14,635 nucleotides of DNA from Candidatus Hodarchaeota archaeon (GTDB lineage Archaea > Asgardarchaeota > Heimdallarchaeia > Hodarchaeales > Hodarchaeaceae). Shown here piece after piece: positions 1 through 8,620 of the stretch (positions within the stretch are counted from its first letter, which is position 1; the number at the start of each line of letters is the position of its first letter). The notes under the pieces are model-generated. The model ran no database searches and was not told where the DNA came from. It saw only the letters and a program-made list of their open reading frames with translations. The translations under genes and the position numbers were made by a program. Location of the stretch: NCBI GenBank assembly GCA_029856365.1, contig JAHQWW010000093.1, forward strand, positions 1 to 14,635. The letters are read 5' to 3'.

Positions 1-379
1 CATCATTTTTTGTATAAAAACAACCCCATTTTACTCATTATTGGGATTCCAATAATTATTATGATAGTTTTAGTTAATTATTTAACCGAAAAGATTCCTC
101 TTGGTCACGAAATTATAACAGCAGATTCATATCTCGCAACTTTCTATTGGATATACTTGGCTCAAGCGTGGAACATCACAACATCCGTGTTATTCTTCTC
201 GGTTTTCGTATACTTGATTTGTTTTGCTCCCATATCAAGACATTGGAGATGTGGAAGTGGATGCAAAAACTGGAAAGAAAACATTAACACGAAAACTGGG
301 ATTAGATAGAGTTGGTCACCTATCAATCTTTATTGGACTGATCTCAATTTTATTCTTATATTTTGCATTATTAACTTAA
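1..379 (+). pseudogene. 3' part of a UbiA-family prenyltransferase gene with a frameshift at about 217-220 (5' end outside the window)
   Basis: Frame +1 is open from base 1 and encodes hydrophobic helices up to ...SVFVYLI. Frame +2 from 218 reads FVLLPYQDIGDVEVDAKTGKKTLTRKLGLDRVGHLSIFIGLISILFLYFALLT* (TAA 377-379). This contains the UbiA second Asp-rich motif DxxDxxxD followed by GKKTL...LG. The tail of ORF 10..309 (RHWRCGSG...) is out-of-frame read-through. Confidence 0.75.
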
Positions 380-404
380 AAAAATTCTTTAAGAATAGAA
401 TATA

Positions 405-419
405 GTATATTAATTATAA
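405..419 (+). promoter_or_regulatory. Per/Fur-box-like operator candidate upstream of the rubredoxin fusion
   Basis: GTATATT-A-ATTATAA, 12/14 to TTATAATnATTATAA; core TATTAATTATA is shared exactly with 2870-2880. Confidence 0.35.
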
Positions 420-431
420 GAGGACCAGATT

Positions 432-1010
432 ATGGGAAAAGAAACAAAATACGAAATTTGTAGGGTGTGTGGATACGTCCGTCCAGTGGGTAAAGGAGGA
501 AGATGCCCAGCTTGTGGGGTTAGAGATACTGCATTTGTTCCGTTCCAACATAAGGCCTCCTTAAATAGACGACTCTTTCTAAAATTAGATGTACATCCTG
601 TTGCAGTTCATTTTACAATAACTTATACAGCTGTATCAGCTTTACTGTTTTTTCTACTACTATTTGTTGATGAATTGCTTGGAGTTCGTATCCAAGGAAT
701 TTTAGATCTGCAAATTACCTTCCTTCCCTTATTAATTGTATCTGGGGGAATAACTGGCCTCATCGATGGGAAAATGAGATTTAGAAAAATCAAAACACCT
801 TATCTTTTAAGGAAAATAGTACTCGGGTGTTGTCTCCTTGCAACTACTGTTATTCTTTTGATTTTACATATTATTAGCCAAGGGGATGACTCTTTTTTAT
901 TAATTGAAGCACTTTTAATCTTGCTTGCTTTCATACTCTCGAGTTATCTTGGATGGATTGGAGCTGAATTGATCTGTCCAATTGTTCCGATGGGAAAAAT
1001 AGAATCCTAG
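432..1010 (+). CDS. Rubredoxin-like Fe(Cys)4 domain fused to a DUF2231-like 4-TM membrane domain
   Basis: N-terminal CRVCGY...CPACG short rubredoxin knuckles; HPVAVHF motif; four hydrophobic helices; terminal GWIGAEL resembling the DUF2231 GxxGxxL ending; AGAGGA RBS-like sequence upstream. Confidence 0.8.
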   Translation: MGKETKYEICRVCGYVRPVGKGGRCPACGVRDTAFVPFQHKASLNRRLFLKLDVHPVAVHFTITYTAVSALLFFLLLFVDELLGVRIQGILDLQITFLPLLIVSGGITGLIDGKMRFRKIKTPYLLRKIVLGCCLLATTVILLILHIISQGDDSFLLIEALLILLAFILSSYLGWIGAELICPIVPMGKIES

Positions 1011-1060
1011 ATGGAGAGCGCTTTCTGTAAGTATGATATGGCAGTTGGAGGTTAATATAA

Positions 1061-1357
1061 TTGAATGAAAGAAAGATTAACATTTTTGGAGCGATTCTGT
1101 GCTCTAATTGTCATCATACAGAAAAATAATTGGAAAGAGTAATATATTCATTACATACGGTTCAATACAGAACTAACAGCTGCCAAAAGAAAAGTTAATT
1201 ACGAATTTGTATTGATAGCAAGAGAAAAAATCTCTAAAAACCAAAACGGAAAATTCCTGTAGCTGAAATCATTGAAGAGAATTTAAGATCTATTAATTGA
1301 ACAATGAAAGATCTGGATTATCTAGTAGAACAACAAAAGGCTTCTATCACACGATAA
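1061..1357 (+). pseudogene. Possible decayed gene remnant of unknown family
   Basis: Strong GGAGGT at 1047-1052 precedes TTG 1061/ATG 1065. Protein-like segments follow in shifting frames with stops: MKERLTFLERFCALIVIIQKNNWKE*YIHYIRFNTELTAAKRKVNYEFVLIAREKISK, then KRKIPVAEIIEENLRSIN*TMKDLDYLVEQQKASITR*. Confidence 0.3.
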
Positions 1358-1377
1358 TCATTGATGATCTTTGTATT

Positions 1378-2619
1378 TCATCTAATTTCTTGAGGAATTT
1401 CCCCAGAACGTTTGAGTGCTTGTTTTAATAATAATGGGCCAAGAATTTCTGCCATTAAAACTCCAACTGCCACAATATCTAATATTAATATCGCAGTTTC
1501 TTCCATGCCAATGGCGAAGAGGCGAGTATAAGCGAGTGCTGCTAGTCCCAGAGCAACGCCTGCTTGAGACAGTAAAGCGAGAGGAATGTTGTTTGTTACT
1601 TTCGTTGGCATTTTTGCTATATAAGCTGCACCATAGGAACCAATTGTTTTTCCAATTACTCTTGCGATAAAATAAAGCAGAATGATAGCTAGGATAGGTG
1701 TAATTAATAAGCTTAAATCCATTTCATAACCTACCAATATGAAAAATAAAGCTATTATTGGTACTGATAATTGTTCTACTCCTCTTACACATTCTCTGTT
1801 TTCACATCTAGCCATTGTACTTAATGTTAAACCAAAAACAATGCAACTTAAAATTGCAGAAAGATGTAATAACCCAGCTAATGAAATACAAATTAATACA
1901 GATGGAAAAACCAACTCAGCTGACTGATACGCTTCTACTCCTTCAATATGAAAAGGTTTCATCAATAAAGCTAGAATAATTCCTAATAGTATAGAACCCC
2001 CAATTTCAATTATTATGGGTATTAAAATCTCAATTAATGATAAATTTATTCCAGAATATACGGACTCCGAGAATGAAATAGCAACACTGAAGAAAATAAT
2101 AGTTAGAATATCATCAAAAGCGATAAGAAACAATATAGTTTGACTCAAAGATCCATGGGATTTGTACTCACGAATCACTTCCGCTGTAGAAGCTGGAGCA
2201 GTAGCCATTGCGATTGTTCCTAATAAAATTCCAATTATGAGATCCTGAAGTATCAAGGTTATCACTAGGGTAACAATGACAAAAGTTCCAATTGTATTTC
2301 CAAAAAGTATAAGGACTAAGCCCCACGATGCGTCTCGAAGCTTCCAAGGATCCAAATGGGCACCAATACTATAGCCAATAAACCCTAAAGCAGCTGTAGT
2401 AACGATATAATGAATTAATGGGGTAGGAGGTGTTGGAAAAGTAGCAATTGGGGCTGAAGAAGTAAGAAATGTAAGAAATTGTAAAAAAAAACCTCCAAAG
2501 ATCAATCCAAGTACTTGAGGAATGCCTCGTTTACTAAGAACCTTTGCAACTATTAATGAGAATATTATCACTGTTCCTATCTCAAAAATGAGAATTAAAG
2601 CCTCTTCATTTGCTGACAT
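1378..2619 (-). CDS. Cation:proton antiporter (CPA2/Na_H_Exchanger family) without a C-terminal RCK domain
   Basis: About 12 TM helices; ATAPASTAEVIREY, IAFDDILTI (DD motif), ARVIGK, LLSQAGVALGLA and EILGP motifs typical of this antiporter subfamily. Confidence 0.9.
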   Translation of the reverse strand: MSANEEALILIFEIGTVIIFSLIVAKVLSKRGIPQVLGLIFGGFFLQFLTFLTSSAPIATFPTPPTPLIHYIVTTAALGFIGYSIGAHLDPWKLRDASWGLVLILFGNTIGTFVIVTLVITLILQDLIIGILLGTIAMATAPASTAEVIREYKSHGSLSQTILFLIAFDDILTIIFFSVAISFSESVYSGINLSLIEILIPIIIEIGGSILLGIILALLMKPFHIEGVEAYQSAELVFPSVLICISLAGLLHLSAILSCIVFGLTLSTMARCENRECVRGVEQLSVPIIALFFILVGYEMDLSLLITPILAIILLYFIARVIGKTIGSYGAAYIAKMPTKVTNNIPLALLSQAGVALGLAALAYTRLFAIGMEETAILILDIVAVGVLMAEILGPLLLKQALKRSGEIPQEIR

Positions 2620-2866
2620 GAGTTTTCTTGACCTTTTTAATTATGAAATGGGATTTAATGGGTTAAAAGAGATAATAACTTATTTTAATGTTTATTTTTA
2701 AAATTCTATTATCCTTAGGATATTATGTATCGAAATAAGTGGATACTTAAAAATTTCAATATTAAAAAATCATAACACAAAAATATTGATGAATGTATCA
2801 TACTTCTTCATCTACTATTGAAAGAAGTAATGATTTCCACAAAATAATTTTAAGCAATTTCTTGAA

Positions 2867-2881
2867 TTTTATTAATTATAG
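2867..2881 (+). promoter_or_regulatory. Per/Fur-box-like operator candidate upstream of cydA
   Basis: TTTTATT-A-ATTATAG, 11/14 to TTATAATnATTATAA; TTTAAG box starts 21 nt before the core (20 nt at the first site). Confidence 0.35.
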
Positions 2882-2907
2882 AAAAAAAGCAAACGAGGGT
2901 AACATTG

Positions 2908-4245
2908 ATGGATGCTCTAAATCTTGCTAAAATTCAATTTTTTTTGACTATTGGATTTCACTTCATATTTCCTCCTCTATCTATTGGGCTGTCGTGGTTC
3001 ATTGTTTGGTTATTGACAAAGTATATGAGAACTAAAGACGTTTTTTATAAAAATCTCTCTTGGTTTTGGGTTAAAATATTTGCATTAACTGTAGCGATCG
3101 GAATTCCGACTGGAATTTTCATGGAGTTTCAATTTGGAACAAATTGGAGTGAATTTTCACGTTTTGTTGGCGATATTTTTGCAGCTCCTCTGGCATTGGA
3201 AATATTCTTCGCTTTTTTCCTCGAATCAGTTTTTTTAGGTGTTATGTTATCGGGCTGGAAAATTAATCGAGTCTCTGATAAAATAATTTGGATTTCTTCG
3301 ATTCTTATAGCTATTGGTGCAACACTTTCAGCATTTTGGATTCTAGTCGCAAATTCTTGGATGCATACTCCTGGAGGTTATGAATTAGCTGGTGACAAGC
3401 TTATTTTAACAGATTTATGGGCCTCTATCTTTACTCCATCCATGTTTCCCCGTTTTTGGCATACTTTGAATGCCTGTCTAATTACAAGTGCTTTCTTTAT
3501 AATTGGGATTAGTTCCTATTATATTCTAAAGAAAAAACATGTTGATTACGCAGAATATTCCTTAAAGTTTGCATTAATCGTTGGAGTGGTTGTTTCCATT
3601 TTACAGGTTTTTCTTGGTCATTGGCAATCTGTTACTGTAGCTTTATATCAGCCTGCAAAGTTCGCAGCTCAAGAAGGGCTTTTTGTAACAGAAAATGGTG
3701 TACCATTACTTATTTTCGCAATATTAGATGACTCTGGTGTTTATTTTCAACTGGGTATTCCCTATTTATTGAGTTTCCTAACTCATGGAGACCTGAACGC
3801 TTCTATTACTGGTTTAGATCAATTCTTACCAGAAAACCGGCCATCAATATTAATGACCTTCTATTCGTTTCATGCAATGGTTCTGCTTGGAGGTTTTTTC
3901 ATTCTTTATACATTAATTGGTATCTTTCTGATCTGGAAAAAGAAACTCTTTAACCAGACTTGGATACTCCAAAAATGGTACTTGCGAGTTGGAATGCTTT
4001 CGATCCCTCTTCCGATTTTAGCCAATGAGTTAGGTTGGATTACTACTGAGGTGGGCCGTCAACCATGGATTGTTCAGGATATTCTCAAAACCGCAGATGC
4101 TGTTTCTGTCTCGGTTCCCCCTGAACAGTTTTTAGTTTCAATAATAATATTCTGTTGTACTTTTTTACTTCTGTTCACAATATGGGTATTAGCTACAGTT
4201 CGAGTCGTTAGAAAGGGTCCTGAACCGATGGAGGCTGAATTTTGA
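2908..4245 (+). CDS. cydA: Cytochrome bd quinol oxidase subunit I, short Q-loop type
   Basis: GFHFIFPP (heme ligand His), EFQFGTNW, AFFLES, ANSWMHTP, RFWH (b558 His), QPAKFAAQEG (quinol-binding K/E), SFHAM (b558 Met), GWITTEVGRQPW. GAGGG RBS 8 nt before ATG 2908; alternative start TTG 2905. Confidence 0.97.
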   Translation: MDALNLAKIQFFLTIGFHFIFPPLSIGLSWFIVWLLTKYMRTKDVFYKNLSWFWVKIFALTVAIGIPTGIFMEFQFGTNWSEFSRFVGDIFAAPLALEIFFAFFLESVFLGVMLSGWKINRVSDKIIWISSILIAIGATLSAFWILVANSWMHTPGGYELAGDKLILTDLWASIFTPSMFPRFWHTLNACLITSAFFIIGISSYYILKKKHVDYAEYSLKFALIVGVVVSILQVFLGHWQSVTVALYQPAKFAAQEGLFVTENGVPLLIFAILDDSGVYFQLGIPYLLSFLTHGDLNASITGLDQFLPENRPSILMTFYSFHAMVLLGGFFILYTLIGIFLIWKKKLFNQTWILQKWYLRVGMLSIPLPILANELGWITTEVGRQPWIVQDILKTADAVSVSVPPEQFLVSIIIFCCTFLLLFTIWVLATVRVVRKGPEPMEAEF

Positions 4246-5273
4246 GTTTTTTGCAAGAACTTTGGTTTTTCCTTCTAGTTTTTATCATAATAATTTATGT
4301 TATTCTAGATGGATTTGATTTAGGCGTTGGATTTTGGTTTTTTCTAACAAAAGGTAACCGAGAGAGAAGAACTATCATCAGAACTATTGCACCTTTTTGG
4401 GATGGCAATGAAGTCTGGTTACTTGCAGCAGGTGGTGTTTTATTTGCCGCGTTTCCAGAAGTCTACGCTACGGTGTTTAGTACTTTTTATTTACCTTTAG
4501 TTATTGTTGCTTTTGGTTTAATTTTAAGAGCAGTATCTATTGAACTTAAAAATGAGTTTGATTCTCCCCTGTGGGAAAAACTAACTGATATAGGTTTTAT
4601 TTTAGGTAGTTTGATTCCTGCTGTTTTTTTTGGGATATTAATAGGGAATTTAATCCAAGGGATTCCCCTTGATGAGACTAACAATTTTTCAGGGACAATA
4701 TTAACTCTAATTAATCCTTACAGTCTTCTTATTGGTGTGATGTCTTTAGTAATGATGATAAGTCACGGTGCAATTTATTTACGAGTTCGAACCACAAGTG
4801 AACTCACGGAAAAGATCGCAAAATGGGCTAAAATAGGATTAATAGGTTATTTTATCATTAATACTATTACCCTGATCATTAGCGCCTTTATGCATCCTCA
4901 TCTTCATATGAACTTTATTGATGCACCTCTTTTGATTGTTGTACCAATTGTTGGTTTTCTAACAATTCTTCTTTCAATTTGGCTCATAATAAAAGAAAAA
5001 AGTCCTGTTTTCTCCTTCATAACATCAGCAATATCTATTGCATTAAATATATTGGGTGCAGGTCTAGCTATTTTCCCAAATTTAGTATATGCTTCAAATA
5101 ATTCCTCAAGAAATCTTACAGTTTATAATGCCTCATCAGGTGAATTAACTTTATCTACAATCCTAGGGGTCGCGCTAATAGCTTTACCCTTAGTTTTAGC
5201 ATACACAGCTTGGACGTATAAAACTTTAAGTGGTACGGTTGAACTAGCAGATTTAGAGGAAACAATCTATTAA
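4242..5273 (+). CDS. cydB: Cytochrome bd quinol oxidase subunit II
   Basis: LDGFDLGVG, PFWDGNEVWL, FAAFPEVYA and NLTVYNASS motifs. The TTG start overlaps the cydA TGA stop (TTGA), implying translational coupling. Confidence 0.96.
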   Translation: MSFLQELWFFLLVFIIIIYVILDGFDLGVGFWFFLTKGNRERRTIIRTIAPFWDGNEVWLLAAGGVLFAAFPEVYATVFSTFYLPLVIVAFGLILRAVSIELKNEFDSPLWEKLTDIGFILGSLIPAVFFGILIGNLIQGIPLDETNNFSGTILTLINPYSLLIGVMSLVMMISHGAIYLRVRTTSELTEKIAKWAKIGLIGYFIINTITLIISAFMHPHLHMNFIDAPLLIVVPIVGFLTILLSIWLIIKEKSPVFSFITSAISIALNILGAGLAIFPNLVYASNNSSRNLTVYNASSGELTLSTILGVALIALPLVLAYTAWTYKTLSGTVELADLEETIY

Positions 5274-5520
5274 TTTCACTATTAGATCTATAATTGTAAT
5301 TGTAAAAAACGTATTTTTACTGATTCTATAACCACAGATTAATCTATGATTCTGAAATTCTCAGCTATAAAGATAAAAAAACCGTGTTGAAATTAAGTCA
5401 AGGAAATTTCTTTTAGTTTTACAGTATACTTAAACTGAAATTTTTCCTGTAAAAGCTAAAAACATTAAATATTAAATTTTAGATCAAATCATCGATTTTA
5501 TCGCTATAAGGGTGATAATA

Positions 5521-6582
5521 ATGTCCTCGGTAGTCATGACATTAGAAGAAGTTCGAAATAAAGCGAAGGAAAAGCTGAAAGGAGTTTGTATGGTTTACAA
5601 AGACTGTGATGGGAATCCAACAAGATTTTGTCAAGGTCAGCACTATGGTAGACCATTAGGCTTTGGGGGCATTGGAAGCGGAGCCTCGTTCCATAACAAC
5701 TGGTTAGCGTTAAGAAAAATAAAATTAAAGATGAAATTGGTTGAAACACACTTTGAACCAGACACTACGTTTCATTTTTTCGGTAAAGACCTATCAATGC
5801 CGATTATGGGCGCTTCTGTCACAGGTGTTAATTCATTTGGAGGCGAGAATGTAATTGCAGAAAGAGAATTTTGTCAAGCAACAGTATGTGGATGTATAGA
5901 AGCTGGAACCATTGCTTGGAGAGGAGACACCTATACGTATTCATTAGAAAATTCTTATGGCCTTGACGCGATTAAGGAGGCAAAAGCTGGTGGTGTAAAA
6001 ATTGTGAAACCAAGAGAACAGAATGTTATCATTGAGTTCTTTAAAAAAGCTGAAGAATATGGTGTAACTGCAGTAGGGGTGGATACTGATGGTTGTGGTT
6101 CATATATGATGACTAAGCATAATAAACCAGTATTTAAGAAAACATCTGATGACATTCGCGAATTGGTTAATTCTACAGCTCTTCCAGTAATAGTAAAGGG
6201 TATTATGTGTGCTGAAGATGCTTTAGAAGCAGTTAATGCTGGAGCTTTAGCTATTGTTGTCTCAAATCACGGTGGACGAGTACTTGATCATACACCTGGA
6301 ACTGCTGATGTACTTCCTGAAATTGTAGAGGCATTGAAAGATAAAAACGTTATGATTGTTGCTGATGGTGGTATAAGAACAGGTTATGATGTTTTAAAGA
6401 TGTTAGCTCTAGGTGCTGATGCGGTTTTGATTGGAAGAGATATCGTAAGAGCAGCAATAGGTGGTGGAAGTGTAGGTGTTCGATTACAGATGGATTATCT
6501 TCGAGAAACACTAAAAAAAGCGATGAAGATGACTGGGTTTTCTTCGCTAGCTGAAATAACATCTGAAGTAATAGAAGTCTAA
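5521..6582 (+). CDS. FMN-dependent alpha-hydroxy acid oxidase/dehydrogenase (lactate/glycolate oxidase-like) with Cys-rich N-terminus
   Basis: LPVIVKGI, VVSNHGGRVLD (catalytic His-Arg), ADGGIRTGYDVLKMLALGADAVLIGR FMN-binding motifs. GGGTGA RBS-like sequence fits ATG 5521; GTG 5512 and ATG 5536 are alternatives. Confidence 0.9.
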   Translation: MSSVVMTLEEVRNKAKEKLKGVCMVYKDCDGNPTRFCQGQHYGRPLGFGGIGSGASFHNNWLALRKIKLKMKLVETHFEPDTTFHFFGKDLSMPIMGASVTGVNSFGGENVIAEREFCQATVCGCIEAGTIAWRGDTYTYSLENSYGLDAIKEAKAGGVKIVKPREQNVIIEFFKKAEEYGVTAVGVDTDGCGSYMMTKHNKPVFKKTSDDIRELVNSTALPVIVKGIMCAEDALEAVNAGALAIVVSNHGGRVLDHTPGTADVLPEIVEALKDKNVMIVADGGIRTGYDVLKMLALGADAVLIGRDIVRAAIGGGSVGVRLQMDYLRETLKKAMKMTGFSSLAEITSEVIEV

Positions 6583-6696
6583 GGTCATTCCTCTTAGATA
6601 TGCTTAAATTCTACTACATGCTTAATCAGATAAATTTCAAAGAACTATCAAAATATCAGATTCAAATAAATTTTATTAAAGTAGAAGTTGTATTAG

Positions 6697-8106
6697 ATGG
6701 TTGAATTTCGAATTGAAGTTGACAGCTTAGGTAAAGTGAAAGTTCCAATTGGTAGATACTGGGGAGCTCAAACACAACGGTCTTTAGACAATTTTCCATT
6801 TGATTCATTAGGGAATATTAGGTTTCCTGCTGAATTCATCCGAGCTCTAGGCATTATCAAAAAAGCATGTGCTGAGGTTAACAGAGATCTAGATTTATTA
6901 TCGCTAGAAAAGGCGGTTCTGATAGTTCAAGCTGCTCAAGACGTCATTGATGGAAAATTAGACGAAGAGTTCCCACTTGTAATCTGGCAGACTGGTTCAG
7001 GCACTCAAACAAACATGAACGCGAATGAGGTAATTAGTAACAGAGCAATCGAGCTTTTTGGGGGTAAAATAGGTTCCAAATATCCTATCCATCCTAATGA
7101 CCATGTCAACTTATCACAGTCTTCAAACGATGTTATTCCGACAGCTATGCATATATCTGCTGTTGAACAGATAAATAAAAAATTATTACCATCTTTAACT
7201 TATCTGAAGACCATATTAGGAGAAAAAGAAATAGAATTCAAAGATATCATAAAAACTGGTAGAACACATTTAATGGATGCGACACCAATAACACTAGGCC
7301 AGGAATTTTCAGGATATGTTACTCAAATCGAAAACAACATTACTCGTATTAGAAATGCATTGCCTCACCTATATGAACTAGCATTAGGAGGTACTGCAGT
7401 GGGAACAGGGTTGAATTCACATCCTGAATTCGCGGAGCGAGTTGCAAAACGTATTGCAGAGATTACAGATTTTCCTTTTAGAACAGGAAGAAATAAATTC
7501 GAAGGTATCGCAGCTCACGATGCAATTGTTGAAACTAGTGGGGCACTTAAAGTTTTGGCAGTCAGCTTAATGAAGATAGCTAATGATATTAGGTGGCTTG
7601 CATCTGGACCGAGAACTGGTCTTGGTGAGCTTTTTCTTCCTGTAAACGAGCCTGGATCTTCAATAATGCCAGGAAAAGTTAATCCAACTCAACCAGAATC
7701 AATTATTCAAGTTGTGACTCAAGTTTTAGGTAATGATGTAACAATAGGCTTTGCGGGTTCACAAGGTAACTTTGAACTTAATGTATTTAAACCTGTGATG
7801 ATTTATAATCTATTACAATCAGTACAATTACTCGCAGACGTTTCTATGAATTTTACTAATCGTTGTATTAGAGGCCTCAAACCAAATAAAGAGAAAATTT
7901 GGGAGGATTTAAAAAAGAATCTCATGCTGGTAACAAGATTAAGTCCAATCATCGGTTATGAGTCGGCAGCTGAAGTAGCACATGAAGCTTATAAGACTGG
8001 AAAAACTTTGAAGGACGTTATACTTGAAAAAGGTATAATGAAAAATGAAGCGGAAATAGACAAGGCTTTAGACCCAACTAAGATGATTTCACCAGGATTC
8101 CAATAA
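6697..8106 (+). CDS. fumC: Class II fumarate hydratase
   Basis: [24 protein letters not shown] (FumC-type rather than aspartase QGGAGTS), [37 protein letters not shown] signature, [10 protein letters not shown]. Confidence 0.95.
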   Translation: MVEFRIEVDSLGKVKVPIGRYWGAQTQRSLDNFPFDSLGNIRFPAEFIRALGIIKKACAEVNRDLDLLSLEKAVLIVQAAQDVIDGKLDEEFPLVIWQTGSGTQTNMNANEVISNRAIELFGGKIGSKYPIHPNDHVNLSQSSNDVIPTAMHISAVEQINKKLLPSLTYLKTILGEKEIEFKDIIKTGRTHLMDATPITLGQEFSGYVTQIENNITRIRNALPHLYELALGGTAVGTGLNSHPEFAERVAKRIAEITDFPFRTGRNKFEGIAAHDAIVETSGALKVLAVSLMKIANDIRWLASGPRTGLGELFLPVNEPGSSIMPGKVNPTQPESIIQVVTQVLGNDVTIGFAGSQGNFELNVFKPVMIYNLLQSVQLLADVSMNFTNRCIRGLKPNKEKIWEDLKKNLMLVTRLSPIIGYESAAEVAHEAYKTGKTLKDVILEKGIMKNEAEIDKALDPTKMISPGFQ

Positions 8107-8128
8107 CTATTCAATACTGATTAAGCCA

Positions 8129-8463
8129 TTGGTATTATGGAGCGTTTTACAGGCCATTCCTTTGCCTCAAAACAGTTTTGAGGTCTTAATTTCTTCTAAT
8201 GTAATTGGCATGTGTGATTTGGAAGAAGCGCTTAATGAAGTGGAACGAGTTGTGAAACCAGAGGGGTACGCAATACATCTTCTGTTGAGGCCAGATGTTA
8301 GACCAGAAAAGGAAATATTAGTAGCAATTCACCAAACGCTGATATCCTCAAATTGGGACTATCAGTTTGAGGAGGTAGATCTATCGGAGTTCAAGGAAAC
8401 AGGTGTGATGTCTTCCGATGCCTTTAAGATCAGTACTGGAAACAATTAGCTTCAGAAGAATAG
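8129..8463 (+). pseudogene. 5'-truncated class I SAM-dependent methyltransferase remnant
   Basis: AIPLPQNSFEVLISSNV...LEEALNEVERVVKPEGYAI matches post-motif-I elements of Methyltransf_11-type proteins. The GxGxG motif I is absent: the frame is closed by TGA at 8084-8086 inside fumC. A likely frameshift near 8430 would give ...YWKQLASEE* (TAG 8461-8463). Confidence 0.65.
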
Positions 8464-8508
8464 TTAAGTCTTTGTATATACCGTTCTACATACTAATCTT
8501 ATTATAAC

Positions 8509-8532
8509 CAACGACTTGTTCCGAAAAAATAT
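8509..8532 (+). repeat. 24-bp intergenic direct repeat, copy 1 (CAACGACTTGTTCCGAAAAAATAT)
   Basis: 22/24 identical to 9845..9868. Confidence 0.85.
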
Positions 8533-8620
8533 AAGAACAATTTTATTTCTATTTATTACTCATTTTTAGAATTCTATTAATATCTAGTATTTAGTCATAT
8601 TCTAGTCTGGAGATGGAATT

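Noticed and set aside
10-309. ORF-track 99-aa protein as a complete gene
   Set aside because: The frame is open from base 1 and the C-terminus is frameshift read-through; better explained as a UbiA-family 3' end.
1416-1927. Plus-strand ORFs 1416..1670 and 1739..1927
   Set aside because: Antisense shadows of the antiporter with no motifs.
5346-5390. Small ORF MILKFSAIKIKKPC* after cydB as a cydX/cydS candidate
   Set aside because: Too short, basic, no TM helix and no RBS.
4074-6562. Minus-strand ORFs 4074..4256, 4487..4684, 5534..5749, 5955..6155, 6350..6562
   Set aside because: Antisense shadows of cydAB and the oxidase.
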